A stretch of 64,000 nucleotides of DNA from Cryomorphaceae bacterium (GCA_007695365.1 REDV01000092.1:114708-178707), one strand, 5' to 3'; positions 1-9,417 are shown, counted from the stretch's first letter. A program made the numbers and translations. The notes: generated from the sequence alone by a model not told the origin.

Positions 1-558
1 AAAAATTACCGCCTTCACCTGCTGTCCGGTGATGGCGACAGAGAGCGATTTAAACTCTCTGCGTGGTTTGATGAAGAGCAACTGCATTTTTCGCAAACCC
101 CTTTCGATAAACTGGCTTATGTAGAAAAGCTGCAGCGCGATGGACGGGTGGTCATGATGTTGGGCGATGGACTGAATGATAGCGGCGCATTGCAAGCCGC
201 CAACGTGGGTATTTCCATTGCTGACAACGTATATGACTTTACGCCGGCATGCGATGCCATTTTCGACGGAAGGGAGTTTGGTAAACTACCCGGCTTGCTG
301 TTTTTGGCGCGGGGCGGAATGAAAACCGTACGCGCCTCCATGGTGCTGTCGTTTTTCTACAATGTGATTGGTTTGAGTTTCGCATTAAGCGGAATGTTGT
401 CACCTTTGGTAGCAGCCATTCTTATGCCCGTGAGCTCAATTTCAGTGGTGGTATTGGCCACATTGTCTGTGAACAACAGAGCGTCGAAGGCCTTGGGCGA
501 GCCGGGAATGTTTAAGGCGATCATCTCAAAACCTGACCAAAATCAGCAAATTCTGTGA
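1..558 (+). CDS. ccoI: Copper/heavy-metal translocating P-type ATPase, C-terminal part (CcoI/FixI-like); 5' end lies outside the window
   Basis: Frame 1 is open from base 1. The translation contains the P-type ATPase hinge motif MLGDGLNDSGAL followed by two C-terminal TM helices. It sits directly upstream of ccoS/ccoNO. Confidence 0.85.
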   Translation, partial: KNYRLHLLSGDGDRERFKLSAWFDEEQLHFSQTPFDKLAYVEKLQRDGRVVMMLGDGLNDSGALQAANVGISIADNVYDFTPACDAIFDGREFGKLPGLLFLARGGMKTVRASMVLSFFYNVIGLSFALSGMLSPLVAAILMPVSSISVVVLATLSVNNRASKALGEPGMFKAIISKPDQNQQIL

Positions 559-616
559 GTTCGGTCATGTTTTTTCATCGAAAGCTGCTGCTTTTTTGTA
601 CCGTGATTAAAAGTAT

Positions 617-808
617 ATGAGCGCCATTTTTCTCCTTATCGCAGCAAGTCTTCTCGTAGCAGTATTATTTCTGGGAGCCTTCCTGTGGGCTACCTCCACC
701 GGGCAGTACGACGACGACTACGCAAACAGCGTTCGAATCCTTTTCGACGACGAGAAAAAAGTAGCGCCAAAAGACAAGCAAAAATCTACAGATTCAAAAT
801 CGCAATAA
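617..808 (+). CDS. ccoS: cbb3-type cytochrome oxidase assembly protein CcoS/FixS
   Basis: 63-aa protein with a single TM helix followed by GQYDDD, the typical CcoS signature. Its TAA stop overlaps the ccoNO ATG by 1 nt (TAATG). Confidence 0.85.
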   Translation: MSAIFLLIAASLLVAVLFLGAFLWATSTGQYDDDYANSVRILFDDEKKVAPKDKQKSTDSKSQ

Positions 809-2958
809 TGGAACTACAGAAGTTTTCTTACGACAATGAGATTGTCAGGAAGTTTAGCATCGCAACCATGATTTGGGGAATTGCCGGTATGACCGTGGGC
901 CTCATTGTGGCGCTGCAGTTTGTTTTCCCCCAGATTACGGCAAACCTCAGTTTCCTGTCGTTTGGTAGGATTCGCCCCTTGCACACCAATGCGGTGATCT
1001 TTGCCTTTGTGGGTAACGGTATTTATGCCGGGGTGTACTACTCATTGCAGCGCCTGTGCAAAGCGCGAATGTTCAGCGATGCGCTCAGTAACATCAACTT
1101 CTGGGGTTGGCAGCTCATCATTGTGAGTGCCCTGATTACCCTTCCCTTAGGTATTACCCAGGGAAAGGAATATGCTGAATTGGAGTGGCCCATTGACATA
1201 GCCATCGCGCTCATCTGGGTGGTGTTTGGTGTGAATATGTTCGGGACCATCCTCAAGCGTAGGGTGCGCCACCTCTACGTGGCTATCTGGTTCTACATTG
1301 CTACATTCATTACGGTAGCCATGCTTCACATTGTGAACAGCTTTGCGCTTCCCGTTGGACTTTTCAAAAGCTACTCCTGGTATGCAGGTGTGCAAGACGC
1401 ACTTGTTCAGTGGTGGTACGGACACAACGCTGTAGCCTTCTTCCTTACCACGCCGTACCTCGGATTGATGTACTACTTCATCCCCAAGGCAGCCAACCGG
1501 CCTGTTTATTCTTACCGACTTTCAATCATTCACTTCTGGGCGCTGATTTTCCTCTACATCTGGGCGGGCCCTCACCACTTGCTCTACACAGCGCTACCCG
1601 ATTGGGCGCAGTCGCTCGGGGTGGTTTTCTCCGTAATGCTCATCGCTCCGTCTTGGGGAGGTATGCTAAACGGTCTGCTAACATTGCGTGGTGCCTGGGA
1701 CAGGGTGCGCGAAGAACCTGTACTCAAGTTCATGGTTGTGGCAGTAACGGCGTATGGTATGAGCACCTTTGAAGGGCCCATGATGTCGCTGAAAACAGTA
1801 AACGCCATTTCGCACTACACCGACTGGACCATAGCACACGTGCATATCGGCGGTCTTGGCTGGAATGGATTCCTCACCTTTGGTATGCTTTACTGGCTCA
1901 TTCCGGTAATGTACCGCACCAAACTACACTCCATCAAACTTGCCAATATTCACTTCTGGATAGGAACACTCGGTATTTTGTTCTACGCTCTTCCGCTATA
2001 CTGGGCCGGATTTACCCAAAGTTTGATGTGGAAAGAGTTTACGAGAGAAGGTATGTTGGCTTACCCCAACTTCCTTGAGACCGTTACCCAAATCATTCCG
2101 ATGTATGCCTTGCGTGCCTTTGGAGGTTTACTTTACCTCACCGGTGCCATCGTTGGGGTTGTTAACCTCGTGAAAACAGCACGCGGAGGGAATTTCCTGA
2201 AGAATGAAGACGCTGAAGCACCTGCTCTTGAGAAAAACGTTGTAATCAAAGGTGAAGGCGTTCACCGATGGATTGAGCGCAAGCCCATTCAACTGCTTGT
2301 GCTGGCTCTGATTGCTGTGGCCATCGGAGGGGTGATTGAAATTGTACCTACATTCCTTGTGAAATCCAATGTGCCCACCATTAGCAGCGTACAGCCCTAT
2401 ACACCGCTCGAGCTTGAAGGACGCGACATATACATCCGCGAAGGTTGCTACAATTGCCATTCGCAGATGATTCGTCCTTTCCGCGATGAGGTGGCACGTT
2501 ACGGCGAGTACTCCAAGGCGGGAGAGTTCGTTTATGACCACCCATTCCAATGGGGGTCCAAGCGCACCGGCCCGGACCTTCACCGAACAGGAACCGGAAA
2601 CATCAATGCCAAACCCAACGCATGGCACTATCACCATATGTGGGATCCGCGATCTATGTCGCCAGGCTCAATCATGCCCCTGTACCCCTGGCTTATAACC
2701 GATGATCTGGACGTGTCGAAAACGCCCAATAAGATCCGGGCTATGCAAACCCTTGGTGTTCCTTATCCCGAAGGCTATGATGAAAAAGCAATGGATGACC
2801 TTTGGGCTCAGGCTCAGGAAATTGTTGACGATCTCGCCCAAAACGATATTGAAGTAGCTCCGAACAAAGAAATCATTGCCCTTATTGCCTATCTGCAACG
2901 ACTGGGGACTGACATCCTTGTGCAAGATGCAGGAGATGAACTTACCGAAAACCGTTAA
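808..2958 (+). CDS. ccoN: cbb3-type cytochrome c oxidase subunit I/II fusion (CcoN-CcoO)
   Basis: Polytopic heme-copper oxidase body (HNAVAFFLTTPYLG, WAGPHHLLYT, HVHIGGLGWNGF) followed by a TM helix and a CcoO-like monoheme domain (CYNCH). I chose the ATG at 808 rather than the track start at 685, which overlaps ccoS. Confidence 0.9.
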   Translation: MELQKFSYDNEIVRKFSIATMIWGIAGMTVGLIVALQFVFPQITANLSFLSFGRIRPLHTNAVIFAFVGNGIYAGVYYSLQRLCKARMFSDALSNINFWGWQLIIVSALITLPLGITQGKEYAELEWPIDIAIALIWVVFGVNMFGTILKRRVRHLYVAIWFYIATFITVAMLHIVNSFALPVGLFKSYSWYAGVQDALVQWWYGHNAVAFFLTTPYLGLMYYFIPKAANRPVYSYRLSIIHFWALIFLYIWAGPHHLLYTALPDWAQSLGVVFSVMLIAPSWGGMLNGLLTLRGAWDRVREEPVLKFMVVAVTAYGMSTFEGPMMSLKTVNAISHYTDWTIAHVHIGGLGWNGFLTFGMLYWLIPVMYRTKLHSIKLANIHFWIGTLGILFYALPLYWAGFTQSLMWKEFTREGMLAYPNFLETVTQIIPMYALRAFGGLLYLTGAIVGVVNLVKTARGGNFLKNEDAEAPALEKNVVIKGEGVHRWIERKPIQLLVLALIAVAIGGVIEIVPTFLVKSNVPTISSVQPYTPLELEGRDIYIREGCYNCHSQMIRPFRDEVARYGEYSKAGEFVYDHPFQWGSKRTGPDLHRTGTGNINAKPNAWHYHHMWDPRSMSPGSIMPLYPWLITDDLDVSKTPNKIRAMQTLGVPYPEGYDEKAMDDLWAQAQEIVDDLAQNDIEVAPNKEIIALIAYLQRLGTDILVQDAGDELTENR

Positions 2959-2961
2959 GCT

Positions 2962-3162
2962 ATGCTCAAGTTTGTAAAAGGCCATATGGAAAGCATTGAC
3001 GGTATCGCGCTATACCCCATCATTGCCTTCGTAATCTTCTTCACGTTTTTCGTGGGCTTGAGCCTCTACGTGATATTTCAGCGCCGCGAGCGCATGGATC
3101 AACTCAGTCAGATTCCTTTTGACGAATCAAATCAGGACGAAAAAAGCATGCATCATGAATAA
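2962..3162 (+). CDS. ccoQ: Small membrane subunit, CcoQ/FixQ-like
   Basis: 66-aa protein with one TM helix, located between ccoNO and ccoP. The call rests on position and size only. Confidence 0.6.
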   Translation: MLKFVKGHMESIDGIALYPIIAFVIFFTFFVGLSLYVIFQRRERMDQLSQIPFDESNQDEKSMHHE

Positions 3163-4348
3163 TTCAGCATTGAACAAAACACTTCTTATTGCGGCCTTGC
3201 TCGCGCTTGGCACACAGCCGGCTTTTGCTCAGGGTGGCGGCGGCATGGATCAGGATTTTCTCTACGGATTGCTTATCGGATTTGGTGTGCTTTTCCTGGT
3301 GATTATTTTGGTTTTAAATGGCGCCATCAGTGGTTTTGCTTCCAACAAAAAACTCTGGAAGCCCCGTAAAAAAGAAAAAGCAGCCGGTGTACTTGCCTTC
3401 ATGCTGCTCGCGTCGTCCAAAACCTATGCGCTCAGCCCTGATGCATCAGTGGTTGGAATTTTCTCGCAGTTTAGTACAACGTTTTGGCTCCTACTGGTTT
3501 TTGACCTGTTCTTGGTGGTGATTATCATTGTTCAGTTGCGTGTTTTTGCCAAAATGGTGGAAACGCTCAAAGAAAAAGACAAACCTGAGGTTGAGGAGGA
3601 AGTTGTGGTTGTAGAACAGGAGTCACTGTGGATGAAGAAAATCATGGGGCTGCTTACCAAGTCAGTACCAGTAGAACGCGAGGCCGAGGTTCTTACTGAC
3701 CATGAGTACGATGGCATCAAAGAACTCGATAACGTGTTGCCGCCCTGGTGGGTAGCGATGATGTATATCACCATCATCTTTGCAGTGGTTTACCTTGTGC
3801 ATTATCACGTATTGGGAACGGGAGATTTGCAGTCTGCCGAATACTATAAATCGGTAGAGCAGGCCGAAGCTGAAATTGCCGCATACATGGCACTGGCCAA
3901 AGCCCAGGTGGATGAATCAAACGTAACGATTGTTGATGATGCCTCGCGTTTGGCGAACGGGCAGAAAATTTACAACGACAACTGTGTAGCCTGCCATGGT
4001 AAATATGGCGAAGGTGGTGTAGGGCCCAACATGGCTGATGAATACTGGATTCACGGAGGTTCCATCAACGACATCTTCGCTGTTATCAAGTACGGAGTCC
4101 CTGCAAAGGGAATGATTGCCTGGAGAACTCAGCTTTCGCCCACACAGATTCAGGACGTGGCTAGTTATCTACTCACTTTCCAGGGAACCAACCCTCCCAA
4201 TGCCAAGGCTCCCGAGGGTGAGCTATATGTGCCTGAGGAAGTTGAGGATGACGCAGAGGGTGAAAACGGTGAGGCTGAAGATGCCATACCGGATGAACCC
4301 GATCAGGAAGAGACCAACGATTTAGCAGAAAGCGAAACTGAAGAATAA
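3155..4348 (+). CDS. ccoP: cbb3-type oxidase subunit III-like c-type cytochrome (CcoP), monoheme, with N-terminal membrane extension and acidic C-terminal tail
   Basis: Contains the FixP N-terminal motif DHEYDGIKELDNVLPPWW and a single CXXCH (CVACH). The ATG at 3155 gives a signal-peptide-like N-terminus (MNNSALNKTLLIAALLALGTQPAFAQ). Confidence 0.8.
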   Translation: MNNSALNKTLLIAALLALGTQPAFAQGGGGMDQDFLYGLLIGFGVLFLVIILVLNGAISGFASNKKLWKPRKKEKAAGVLAFMLLASSKTYALSPDASVVGIFSQFSTTFWLLLVFDLFLVVIIIVQLRVFAKMVETLKEKDKPEVEEEVVVVEQESLWMKKIMGLLTKSVPVEREAEVLTDHEYDGIKELDNVLPPWWVAMMYITIIFAVVYLVHYHVLGTGDLQSAEYYKSVEQAEAEIAAYMALAKAQVDESNVTIVDDASRLANGQKIYNDNCVACHGKYGEGGVGPNMADEYWIHGGSINDIFAVIKYGVPAKGMIAWRTQLSPTQIQDVASYLLTFQGTNPPNAKAPEGELYVPEEVEDDAEGENGEAEDAIPDEPDQEETNDLAESETEE

Positions 4349-4356
4349 AAATAGAG

Positions 4357-4379
4357 CCGGCCCCGTAGGGCCGGTTTTT
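4357..4379 (+). terminator. Intrinsic terminator-like hairpin after ccoP
   Basis: CCGGCCC-cgta-GGGCCGG followed by TTTTT. It ends 5 nt before the ccoG ATG. Confidence 0.5.
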
Positions 4380-4383
4380 GCAT

Positions 4384-5793
4384 ATGGCAGAAGTACAGGA
4401 TTTTTATCGCGATGAATCGTTCAGAGACAGCATCTCAACGGTTGATAAAGACGGAAAGCGGATTTGGATGTTTCCCAAAAAGCCCTTTGGTAAACTCACC
4501 AATTACCGTCAGTATGTGAGTTACCTGCTGCTCGTATTGCTTTTTGCAGGCCCCTGGCTCAGGATTGGAGGCGAGCCACTGCTGCTCATCAATGTGTTGG
4601 AACGCAAGTTTGTGATTTTCGGTCGAATTTTCTGGCCGCAGGATTTTTACCTCTTCGGGCTGGCCATGATTACCGGAGTGGTGTTCATCATTCTGTTTAC
4701 GGTGGTCTATGGCCGGATTTTTTGCGGATGGATTTGTCCACAAACTATTTTCATGGAGCATGTTTTCAGACGTATAGAGTACTGGATTGAGGGAGATTGG
4801 AAACAGCAAAAGAAATTGGCCGATATGCCCTGGAACGGTGAGAAAATCTGGAAACGATTATTGAAGCACACCATCTTCTTCGGCATTTCATTCGCCATTT
4901 CCAATACCTTTTTGGCCTACATCATCGGTTCCGAAGAATTGCTCGCCATACAAATGGGCAATCCAATGAACCACCTTGTTGGCTTAGGCGCTTTGCTCAT
5001 ATTTACCGGTGCGTTTTACATCGTGTTTTCGCGTTTGCGCGAACAGGTTTGCACCAACATTTGTCCTTATGGCCGTTTGCAAGGTGTAATGCTCGACAAG
5101 CAGAGCATTGTGGTGGCCTATGACTACGTGCGCGGCGAACAGCGATCCAAATGGAGAAACAAGGAGGACAGGGGAGCCGTGGGGAAAGGCGATTGCATTG
5201 ATTGCCATCAGTGTGTAGATGTTTGCCCCACAGGTATTGACATTCGTAACGGAACGCAACTCGAGTGCATCAACTGCACGGCCTGTATTGACGCGTGCAA
5301 CCACGTTATGGAAAAAGTTGGGCTTGAACCCGATTTGATTCGATACGCCTCCGAAGCCGGCATTCAAAGTCGCGACATGGGTTTTAAGTGGTCGGTGAGA
5401 GCCATAGCATACACCGGTGTATTGGTTGTACTTATGGGATTTATGTCGTTCCTGCTGATTTCAAGATCTGATGTGTCGGCAACCGTATTGCGCACTCCGG
5501 GAATGCTTTTCCACAAGGAAGGGGATGGTCGCATTAGCAATCTCTACAACTATAAAATCATCAACAAAACCGGTCGCGACATGAACCTTGAGTTTCGCCT
5601 GATGGGCGAATCCGGTGAGGTTCGGATGGTGGGCTCTCGGTTGCAGATTGAGGGTCAGGGTAAGACTGAAGGCTCCATGTTTTTGGTTTTTGCCCGCGAT
5701 GAGATTACCTCGAAAAAAATGAAATTGAAACTCGGTATCTACAGAGATGGTGAGCTGATAGCTACCACTTCCACTAATTTTGTAGGACCATAA
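4384..5793 (+). CDS. ccoG: Cytochrome c oxidase accessory protein CcoG/FixG (4Fe-4S ferredoxin type)
   Basis: Contains CGWICPQT, CPYGRLQG and CIDCHQCVDVCPTGIDIRNG...CINCTACIDACN cluster motifs plus TM helices. I prefer the ATG at 4384 over the TTG at 4378, which lies inside the terminator T-run. Confidence 0.9.
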   Translation: MAEVQDFYRDESFRDSISTVDKDGKRIWMFPKKPFGKLTNYRQYVSYLLLVLLFAGPWLRIGGEPLLLINVLERKFVIFGRIFWPQDFYLFGLAMITGVVFIILFTVVYGRIFCGWICPQTIFMEHVFRRIEYWIEGDWKQQKKLADMPWNGEKIWKRLLKHTIFFGISFAISNTFLAYIIGSEELLAIQMGNPMNHLVGLGALLIFTGAFYIVFSRLREQVCTNICPYGRLQGVMLDKQSIVVAYDYVRGEQRSKWRNKEDRGAVGKGDCIDCHQCVDVCPTGIDIRNGTQLECINCTACIDACNHVMEKVGLEPDLIRYASEAGIQSRDMGFKWSVRAIAYTGVLVVLMGFMSFLLISRSDVSATVLRTPGMLFHKEGDGRISNLYNYKIINKTGRDMNLEFRLMGESGEVRMVGSRLQIEGQGKTEGSMFLVFARDEITSKKMKLKLGIYRDGELIATTSTNFVGP

Positions 5794-5804
5794 AACGAGA
5801 GATC

Positions 5805-6242
5805 ATGAATTGGGGATGGAAAATTGCCATTGGTTACACCGCTTTTGCACTGTTCATTTTGTATTTGGTGTACCGCACCACAGGAGTGGAGTTTGAGCTG
5901 GTTACTCCTGACTATTACGCTCAAGAACTCGCCTATCAGGGTGAAATTGACAAACGCAAAATGGCCCTTTCAAGTGGTTTGGATCTAGAGGTTCTGATTC
6001 AGGACGGGCAAGTTCTTGTGCAGTTCAACCAAACACCTGGCGAGAGCGAAGCAAGGGGTGATTTGATTTTTTTCCGACCTTCAGACTCAAGTCTCGACCG
6101 GAAATTTCAATGGGAAATGGACGAAAGCGGTGCCATGGTAATTGGCCATGATGCCTTTTCACGAGGGCAATACGTTTTCAAGGCAGATTGTGTTTTTGAG
6201 GGCAAATCATTCTTTATAGAGAAGCCAGTTTTTATTCCGTAA
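5805..6242 (+). CDS. fixH: FixH family protein
   Basis: 145-aa protein with one N-terminal TM helix (WKIAIGYTAFALFILYLVY), located directly after ccoG. Its stop overlaps the next ATG (TAATG). Confidence 0.7.
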   Translation: MNWGWKIAIGYTAFALFILYLVYRTTGVEFELVTPDYYAQELAYQGEIDKRKMALSSGLDLEVLIQDGQVLVQFNQTPGESEARGDLIFFRPSDSSLDRKFQWEMDESGAMVIGHDAFSRGQYVFKADCVFEGKSFFIEKPVFIP

Positions 6243-6943
6243 TGGAGCCTGCGGTACTCACCGGGGCTTTTCTGGTCGGACTGGCAGGCAGCCTTCATTG
6301 CGTGGGTATGTGTGGTCCGTTGGCCATGGCTGTTCCCACGCGGGGCAACAGATTTTTCTCTTTGTTGTCTTACAACTCAGGTCGCATTGCTATGTATGCA
6401 TTGCTGGGCGCCTTGTTTGGTGCTTTTGGAGCATCGGTGAATTTTCTTGAAAGCGGTCAGCGCGTATCATTGATGCTTGGTATCGCCATCATTGTATTGT
6501 TAGCTATTCCTTCGCTTATTCCCAACTGGCGCCTCACCAGCAGTTGGAACGCGGGCGCAGTGAAGCTTTACGGGCGTATGGCTCGTCCTGTTTTTGGTTA
6601 TCGCGGACCGGGGTCTTCCTTACTCCTTGGTGCTTTGAATGGTATGCTGCCTTGTGGGTTGATATACATCGCGCTGGCCGGTGCTATAGCGTCGGGCTCG
6701 GCATATATGGGTGCGCTTGTGATGGCTGCGGTCGGACTCGGCACGTGGCCTGCCATGTGGATGATGATGTCGTTGAGAAGTTATGTGGGTCCCTGGTTTC
6801 AAAGGCACAGCAAAAAAGTAGTTCCGCTGGTGGCCATCGCCCTGGGCGCGGTGCTGATTTTACGCGGAATGAACCTTGATATACCCTATCTGAGTCCGCG
6901 AATCGAAAAGGTTGGAACGGCAGGGCAGGAGGTGTGTGACTAA
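6242..6943 (+). CDS. TauE/SafE-like (DsbD_2-type) membrane protein associated with cbb3 assembly clusters
   Basis: Polytopic membrane protein with N-terminal GSLHCVGMCGP and a later NGMLPCG motif. It is translationally coupled to fixH. Confidence 0.65.
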   Translation: MEPAVLTGAFLVGLAGSLHCVGMCGPLAMAVPTRGNRFFSLLSYNSGRIAMYALLGALFGAFGASVNFLESGQRVSLMLGIAIIVLLAIPSLIPNWRLTSSWNAGAVKLYGRMARPVFGYRGPGSSLLLGALNGMLPCGLIYIALAGAIASGSAYMGALVMAAVGLGTWPAMWMMMSLRSYVGPWFQRHSKKVVPLVAIALGAVLILRGMNLDIPYLSPRIEKVGTAGQEVCD

Positions 6944-6956
6944 GGCAAACTTGCTG

Positions 6957-7697
6957 TTATACAAAGAACCCAGGAGATTTCTCACCGTAAATCAGTTGGT
7001 TTGTGAGGGACGGTATGTGGTGCAGCGATTTTCCTAAAATATCCAGTGTTCCGGATACCAGAATCGTGTCTTTCTTGAAGTCAATCAGCTCTAAAATACG
7101 CTCTGGTGATTCTTCACCAACCTTAAAAACGCCTAGGTCTGCACAGTGCCCACGCAAATATTCAATGAGTAACTTTTCCTCTTGAAGATTAAATTGATCA
7201 CTGTTGTGATTAAACTCAACCAGTGTTACCTCTGCTTTTTGGCAAGTGTCACTTAGAATCTGGCAGAATTGTTTGATACGTGGTACGCTCTCGCGACTAC
7301 CATCGTGGGTAATAAGTACCCGTTGCACATTTTCTGTAGGGCCCGGTACCAATACGATGGGCGATGTGATGGCTGCTTCAGCTGAGTTGGGTGTAATGAG
7401 TTTTTCCAGAAGCTCAGGAACGAGAATGACAATATCTGCAAATTGTGCTTCTATCAATGCTTCCTCCATCGACATTCCGAATCCCGGTCTGAACACAAGT
7501 CGAGCAGAGCGGTTTTCGTATCGATTTGCCAGTGTGCTGATCGTTTCTTTTCGATGGTCGGCATCTTCGGTATGTTCTGGGATAAAAGTTGCAACGACCA
7601 GTCCTTCGTTGTCATTGAGTAACCGAAATGCAAAGTCAACACTGCACGCAGAGGAAGCGTCATCACTTAAAAGCGCTAATATTTTTTTGCTGCTCAT
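6957..7697 (-). CDS. Hypothetical protein, degenerate tandem USP-like
   Basis: 246-aa ORF located 14 nt downstream of the USP gene on the same strand. It has a two-halved alpha/beta pattern but no clear ATP-binding glycine motif. Confidence 0.45.
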   Translation of the reverse strand: MSSKKILALLSDDASSACSVDFAFRLLNDNEGLVVATFIPEHTEDADHRKETISTLANRYENRSARLVFRPGFGMSMEEALIEAQFADIVILVPELLEKLITPNSAEAAITSPIVLVPGPTENVQRVLITHDGSRESVPRIKQFCQILSDTCQKAEVTLVEFNHNSDQFNLQEEKLLIEYLRGHCADLGVFKVGEESPERILELIDFKKDTILVSGTLDILGKSLHHIPSLTNQLIYGEKSPGFFV

Positions 7698-7711
7698 TTT
7701 GACTTTCTGAT

Positions 7712-8569
7712 TTAATAGGGGAAAATCACTCCTGTGGGGCTTTCAACTTCTTCCAACCGAATGCTGAGTACGGGTAAATCAAAGTGATTCACCACGCTTT
7801 CGGCAATGCTGCCATTAATCAGGTGCAGCAAGCCTGTACGGCCGTGGGTTGCAATCGCCACCATATCGGGCTCTGCTGAGTTGCAAAAGTTCAGGATTCC
7901 TTTCTCCACATTCTCATCGTTGTATATGTTGGGAACGTAGTTTTTAAAACCTACCCGCTCAGCGAACTCTTTCATGGTGCGCTCGCTGTACCAGGTAGCT
8001 TCAAAATTGCCTGGAGTATTGATTTTAAGGAAGTGTACCTCAGCATTAAACTGATGGGCCAGCTTCTTGATGGTGCCAAATACAGATTCAACTTCACGAT
8101 AAAAATTGGATGCAAATATGATCTTTTTGGGGCTGAAAGTTTTTTCGTGCTTGCTTATCGTCAGCACAGGAATTTTGCTCAACCTCACGGCCTTTTCAGC
8201 ATTGGAGCCGATAAACATTTCTTTGAAACCACTGGCGCCATGGGTTCCCATCACAACCAGATCGTGATCCTTGAATTCTTCATGGGCAATAGCCTCCCAG
8301 GCCGGCTTGTCCCACATCAGGCTTGAATTAACCTCCAAACCTTCCAGGCTTGGGTGCTTCTCTGCTTCGTGAAGTTTCTCCCAAAGGTCGGCTTTGATTT
8401 TTCGGTTCTGTTCATGGTCAACCGACATATCCACGAATCCGTATATAGGTCGCTCGTAAACGTGCAGCAGGCGAATTTCCGCATCTGTGTTACGGGCAAT
8501 ATCGGCTGCCGTGCGAATGGCCGCAGTTGCACAATCAGAGAAATCAGTAGGTACGAGTATGCTTTTCAT
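7712..8569 (-). CDS. Universal stress protein, tandem UspA domains
   Basis: MKSILVPTDFSDCA... N-terminus, plus VMGTHGASGFKEMFIGSNAEKV and AIATHGRTGLLHLINGSIAESVV (two USP ATP-binding type motifs). I chose the ATG at 8569. Confidence 0.8.
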   Translation of the reverse strand: MKSILVPTDFSDCATAAIRTAADIARNTDAEIRLLHVYERPIYGFVDMSVDHEQNRKIKADLWEKLHEAEKHPSLEGLEVNSSLMWDKPAWEAIAHEEFKDHDLVVMGTHGASGFKEMFIGSNAEKAVRLSKIPVLTISKHEKTFSPKKIIFASNFYREVESVFGTIKKLAHQFNAEVHFLKINTPGNFEATWYSERTMKEFAERVGFKNYVPNIYNDENVEKGILNFCNSAEPDMVAIATHGRTGLLHLINGSIAESVVNHFDLPVLSIRLEEVESPTGVIFPY

Positions 8570-8646
8570 TGGAAAAAAAAATCTTGGGACGCTACAAAGT
8601 AGATACAAAAAAAGGAGCCATGTTATGACTCCTGTCAGCTGTTTTG

Positions 8647-8660
8647 CTGATTTAAATCAC
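8647..8660. promoter_or_regulatory. Candidate FNR/CRP-family box
   Basis: CTGATTTAAATCAC has a perfect TGAT-N4-ATCA palindrome (consensus TTGAT-N4-ATCAA). It lies about 80-90 nt upstream of the USP ATG and 47 nt past the fnr stop. Confidence 0.4.
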
Positions 8661-8706
8661 TTTTTGAGCAAATTGCCCAATCAGAATCGCGCACAATTGG
8701 TTTGGG

Positions 8707-9417
8707 CTAAACGATGCCCCCAACCTCTGCAAGTTGTTTGGGCTCAAGAATTTTTATTCTTCGGCCTTCAGTAGCTACCAGCTTTTCTTCTTTAAAGTCA
8801 TGAAGTAAACGAATAAGCGTTTCGGTTGCTGTTCCAACAATGTTTGCGAGATCCTCGCGCGTAAGATTGATAATTACTTTGCCATTGTCCATGGCATCCA
8901 CACCATAGGTGTCGTTCAGCATGACCAGCGTAAGTGCAAGTCGCTCCCGAACAGACTTTTGAGCCAGATTGGTCATGTGTTCGGTCATGACTCCCATTTC
9001 ATGACAAACCTTTTTGAGCAGCCTCTGGTAGAGATCGGGTGAGTCCTCTAATATGGTTAAGAAGTTGGTTTTCGGAATAAAACAGATATTCGAGTCCTCA
9101 AGGGTTTCGGCGCTCACAGGGTACAGTTCATCACTTAGCATTGCTTTGTAACCCAGAATATCACCGCCTTTGAGGATGTTGATAATTTGCTCCTTTCCGT
9201 CTCCGCCCAATCGAAAAACCTTCACTTTACCTTTGTTGATACAAAATATGCCCATGGGGCGTGTACCCTCGTGAAAGAGCATTTGACCTTTTTTATAGGA
9301 GCTCGACGACTTTTTTTCGTCAAGTTGGGAAATTTTCTGGGAGCACATCCCTGCGAAGACAGAGTCTTTATGCGCATCACAAACTTCGCAGTGAAGGTCG
9401 AGCTTACTTCTCTTCAT
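8707..9417 (-). CDS. fnr: Crp/Fnr family transcriptional regulator with N-terminal Cys cluster (FNR-type)
   Basis: N-terminal CEVCDAHKDSVFAGMC, a cNMP-binding-like beta roll (GDILGYKAM) and a C-terminal HTH (TREDLANIVGTATETLIRLL). Confidence 0.85.
   Translation of the reverse strand: MKRSKLDLHCEVCDAHKDSVFAGMCSQKISQLDEKKSSSSYKKGQMLFHEGTRPMGIFCINKGKVKVFRLGGDGKEQIINILKGGDILGYKAMLSDELYPVSAETLEDSNICFIPKTNFLTILEDSPDLYQRLLKKVCHEMGVMTEHMTNLAQKSVRERLALTLVMLNDTYGVDAMDNGKVIINLTREDLANIVGTATETLIRLLHDFKEEKLVATEGRRIKILEPKQLAEVGGIV

Noticed and set aside
731-740. GTTCGAATCC, a tRNA T-loop-like motif.
   Set aside because: It lies inside the ccoS coding frame, and no acceptor, D or anticodon stems can be drawn around it. 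I found no tRNA in the window.
685-807. The upstream part of the 757-aa track ORF, which would extend ccoNO by 41 codons.
   Set aside because: It overlaps ccoS in another frame and encodes an Arg-rich peptide that does not resemble a membrane protein. The ATG at 808 forms a TAATG junction with the ccoS stop and begins a typical CcoN N-terminus.
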